Source: a virus
Direction: 5' to 3' (one strand)
DNA length: 64,000 nt
Virus record (IMG/VR): IMGVR_UViG_3300028376_000003
Span: 32,001-96,000 of that record
A program made the position numbers and the translations under genes. The notes beneath the pieces were generated by a model. The model saw only the letters and a list, made by a program, of their open reading frames with translations, searched no databases and had not been told where the DNA came from. This document shows positions 61,498-64,000 of this stretch, piece after piece (the stretch's first letter is position 1; each line of letters begins with the position of its first letter).

Positions 61498-62733
61498 ATG
61501 AATAACACATCAATTATAGATTCATTTACTGAGCTTAAGTCAGACAAAATGATTAATAAAATAGAGATAATGGAAATCCTAGACTCTGTTTTTAGATTTG
61601 AGTTTAGAAAAAAATATGATACAGATGAAAACTTTGATATAATTCTAAACCCAGATAACGGAGATTTAGAAATATGGCAAAACAAAATCGTTGTACAAGA
61701 TGGCGAGGTTGAAAACCACAATACTGAAATAGAAATTTCAGAAGTTCTTAAGGTGGAGTCAGATTTTGAAATAGGGGAAGAATATCCACAAGAATTCAAA
61801 ATATCAGAATTAGGAAGAAGATCTATATTAAGTTTAAGACAGAATCTAAAGGCTAGAATAAAAGACTACGAAAATAAATCAACAATAGAGAAGTTTGAAG
61901 ATATGATTGGATATATTTTCAATGCCGAAGTCCATCACATAAAAAGAAATATGGTTATATTACTAGATGATGAGGGTATTGAAATTTGTTTACCAAAAGA
62001 TAATCAGATACCTGGTGAGTTTTACAGAAAAGGTGATACAATATCATTTGTGGTAGAAGAAGCTGAAATTAGAAACAATAAGCCATACATTATTGCATCA
62101 AGAACATCAAGTAAGTTTCTAGAAAGAATAATGGAACAAGAAATACCTGAAATATTCGATGGTCTAATAAATATAAAGAACATAGTTAGAGTACCTGGTA
62201 TTAAAGCTAAGGTAGCAGTGGAAACATATGATGATAGAATTGATCCTGTTGGAACTTGTGTTGGTAGTAGAGGAAGTCGAATAATGGCAGTTACTAGAGA
62301 GCTAAATGGTGAGAGTATAGATATCATAAGCTACACAAATAATATGGATTTATATATAACTAGGTCGTTAAAACCAGCCGTTGTTAAATTTATAAAGGTA
62401 GAAGATGGTAAAGCTGACGTTCATTTAAATGGTGAAGATATTGGTAAGGCTATTGGTAAGAAAGGTTCTAATATAAGATTAACTAGCTTACTTACTGGTC
62501 TAGAAATAAATCTTATAAATGATGAGCAAGCTACAGAGGAAGATATAGATCTTATGGAATTTTCTGATGAAGTTGATTTATGGGTAATAAATGAATTTAA
62601 AAAAGCTGGTATAGATACTGCTAAATCATTACTATCTTATGGTTTTAGTGAACTTGTAAATATGACAGATTTAGAGGATGTGACTATTGAGAAGATAATA
62701 AAAATAATCAAACAAGAATTTGTTGATAGTTAA
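61498..62733 (+). CDS. nusA: transcription termination/antitermination factor NusA
   Basis: NTD, S1, ASRT..FL..QEIPEI, R.PG..AKVAV..IDPVGTCVG.RGSRI KH1, AIGKKGSNIRL KH2, C-terminal HhH. Confidence 0.93.
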   Translation: MNNTSIIDSFTELKSDKMINKIEIMEILDSVFRFEFRKKYDTDENFDIILNPDNGDLEIWQNKIVVQDGEVENHNTEIEISEVLKVESDFEIGEEYPQEFKISELGRRSILSLRQNLKARIKDYENKSTIEKFEDMIGYIFNAEVHHIKRNMVILLDDEGIEICLPKDNQIPGEFYRKGDTISFVVEEAEIRNNKPYIIASRTSSKFLERIMEQEIPEIFDGLINIKNIVRVPGIKAKVAVETYDDRIDPVGTCVGSRGSRIMAVTRELNGESIDIISYTNNMDLYITRSLKPAVVKFIKVEDGKADVHLNGEDIGKAIGKKGSNIRLTSLLTGLEINLINDEQATEEDIDLMEFSDEVDLWVINEFKKAGIDTAKSLLSYGFSELVNMTDLEDVTIEKIIKIIKQEFVDS

Positions 62734-62742
62734 AACAAAATA

Positions 62743-62970
62743 ATGTCAAATAGAAACTATAAAATAGATAAGGAAATCGAGGTAACACTTAAAGTTAAAG
62801 TAAAGATTAATTCTTGCAATGACTATAATAGGTTGAACGAATTACAAATAGAAAATAATGTATCTGATTTTAAAAATGATATTAAAGAACATCTGCTAGA
62901 TAAGCTAAGAAATAGCTATCAAGAAGAAGTTACAATAGGTATTGATTTTTGGGATTATGAAGTAGATTAA
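62743..62970 (+). CDS. hypothetical protein
   Basis: ORF after nusA. Confidence 0.55.
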   Translation: MSNRNYKIDKEIEVTLKVKVKINSCNDYNRLNELQIENNVSDFKNDIKEHLLDKLRNSYQEEVTIGIDFWDYEVD

Positions 62971-63029
62971 TTAAATACCATAAAATACTTGTATAATATT
63001 TTTTATTTGTATATTTGTAAAAAAATAAT

Positions 63030-63299
63030 ATGAAAACTTTTAAGAAATCATTTATTATAATAGGACTTGGCGTACTTAACATACTACATGCTAGCCTTCA
63101 TATATTTCAATTTGTTCAATCTTTTATGCTTGTAAAGGCATCTATAGAACTACAAGACACATCAACAAATCACAGTGGTTTATTTTCAGATTTACTACAC
63201 AGTCCATATTTTACAATAGTTTGGGCATTAGTAGGCATCTTGACCTTATACATCGGTATCAAGGATTTTATTCATCATAAAAAATGTAAAAATGGGTAG
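63030..63299 (+). CDS. small two-TM membrane protein
   Basis: Two hydrophobic helices; TATATTTG at 63010. Confidence 0.65.
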   Translation: MKTFKKSFIIIGLGVLNILHASLHIFQFVQSFMLVKASIELQDTSTNHSGLFSDLLHSPYFTIVWALVGILTLYIGIKDFIHHKKCKNG

Positions 63300-64000
63300 T
63301 TTTAATATAATATGTTCAATATCTAATACAGTCATAAGTGACGGCGATAGAGCAAGTATTCAGATATTAGTCCCTGGTGGAAGTGAAAATTTCAATTCAC
63401 ATAAGAACATAATTGTATCAGAAAGTGGTACACAAGAGTTCTTCTCACCATTTGGGTTTCCAATAAATGGTCGATATGATAGCTATGGAAGATTAAGACA
63501 TATAGAAAATGACATAAATGTAGAAATGTTAGAAAAATTCTTTAACATAAATATATATGAATTACTTAATCTAATACATTCTAGTAGTAGAACTTATGAT
63601 GAAGAGGTTAAAAACACAGACATAATTGACAATTTGTTCATATCTTTTTTTAGAACAGAAGTCATTGACTACATAGACAATGGAAGCCTAGATATAAATA
63701 TTGACAACCCCGAAGAATATACTAGAGGTGCTTACATAAAAAGTATTTTAGATGGTATTGATGATTATAACATAACAAACATATCAGAAAGAATATCATA
63801 TATTGAAAGTATGGCAGAAGCTGATATTACAGAAGAAATTTCGAAAGAGTTTTTTGATTTAATAAGAAAACAAACTACAAGAAAAAAGACATATATTCAA
63901 TCATTATGGCAATATAATATGTTTGAATTGCTACCAATTGATTTAATATTTAAAGACTATATAATTAAACAATATAATCTTATTTCAACGATGACAAATG
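63292..64000 (+). CDS. hypothetical phage protein, runs off window end
   Basis: MGSFNIICSISN..GDR..FPINGRYDSYG; frame open to the end. Confidence 0.65.
   Translation, partial: MGSFNIICSISNTVISDGDRASIQILVPGGSENFNSHKNIIVSESGTQEFFSPFGFPINGRYDSYGRLRHIENDINVEMLEKFFNINIYELLNLIHSSSRTYDEEVKNTDIIDNLFISFFRTEVIDYIDNGSLDINIDNPEEYTRGAYIKSILDGIDDYNITNISERISYIESMAEADITEEISKEFFDLIRKQTTRKKTYIQSLWQYNMFELLPIDLIFKDYIIKQYNLISTMTN

Noticed and set aside
1-64000. Genome-wide TAG recoding as in Lak-type megaphages
   Set aside because: Giant ORFs are intact under code 11 and several genes end neatly at TAG (e.g. 4483, 61240, 63299); only one in-frame TAG gene was seen.
1-64000. Bacterial chromosome origin (given nusA, smpB, rpsA, ligA)
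   Set aside because: These genes lack their usual operon neighbours (rimP/infB, cmk) and sit among phage structural-like genes, an endolysin, a gp46-like ATPase and many orphans.

Overview
Very AT-rich, gene-dense segment that reads as part of a jumbo/huge tailed phage infecting a Bacteroidetes (probably Flavobacteria-like) host. Evidence: repeated Bacteroidetes-type TATATTTG (-7) promoter boxes, A-rich leaders without Shine-Dalgarno, BACON domains, and a Bacteroidetes-like tRNA-fMet. It encodes very large putative virion proteins (G-x-W/F-x-x pentapeptide repeats, BACON, CBM-like repeats), tandem 21-aa LRR-like paralogs, PhoH with a class-3 LAGLIDADG intein, an SbcC/gp46 ATPase, NAD ligase, two DNA methyltransferases, DnaJ, thioredoxin, M16 and M28 peptidases, an endolysin, and a host-expression takeover set (S1-like, L7/L12-like, SmpB, NusA, ECF sigma, 7 tRNAs). 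The main discovery is that both tRNA operons (Tyr-Glu and Ile-Gly-Gly-Ala) are preceded by an unannotated short leader ORF plus an antiterminator/terminator switch. The run of control codons in each leader matches the downstream tRNAs (EYYYEESE and IAIIAIGKG). This looks like ribosome-mediated attenuation that switches phage tRNA genes on only when the cognate host tRNAs are limiting. All product calls come from motif recognition by eye; no database searches or folding calculations were run.
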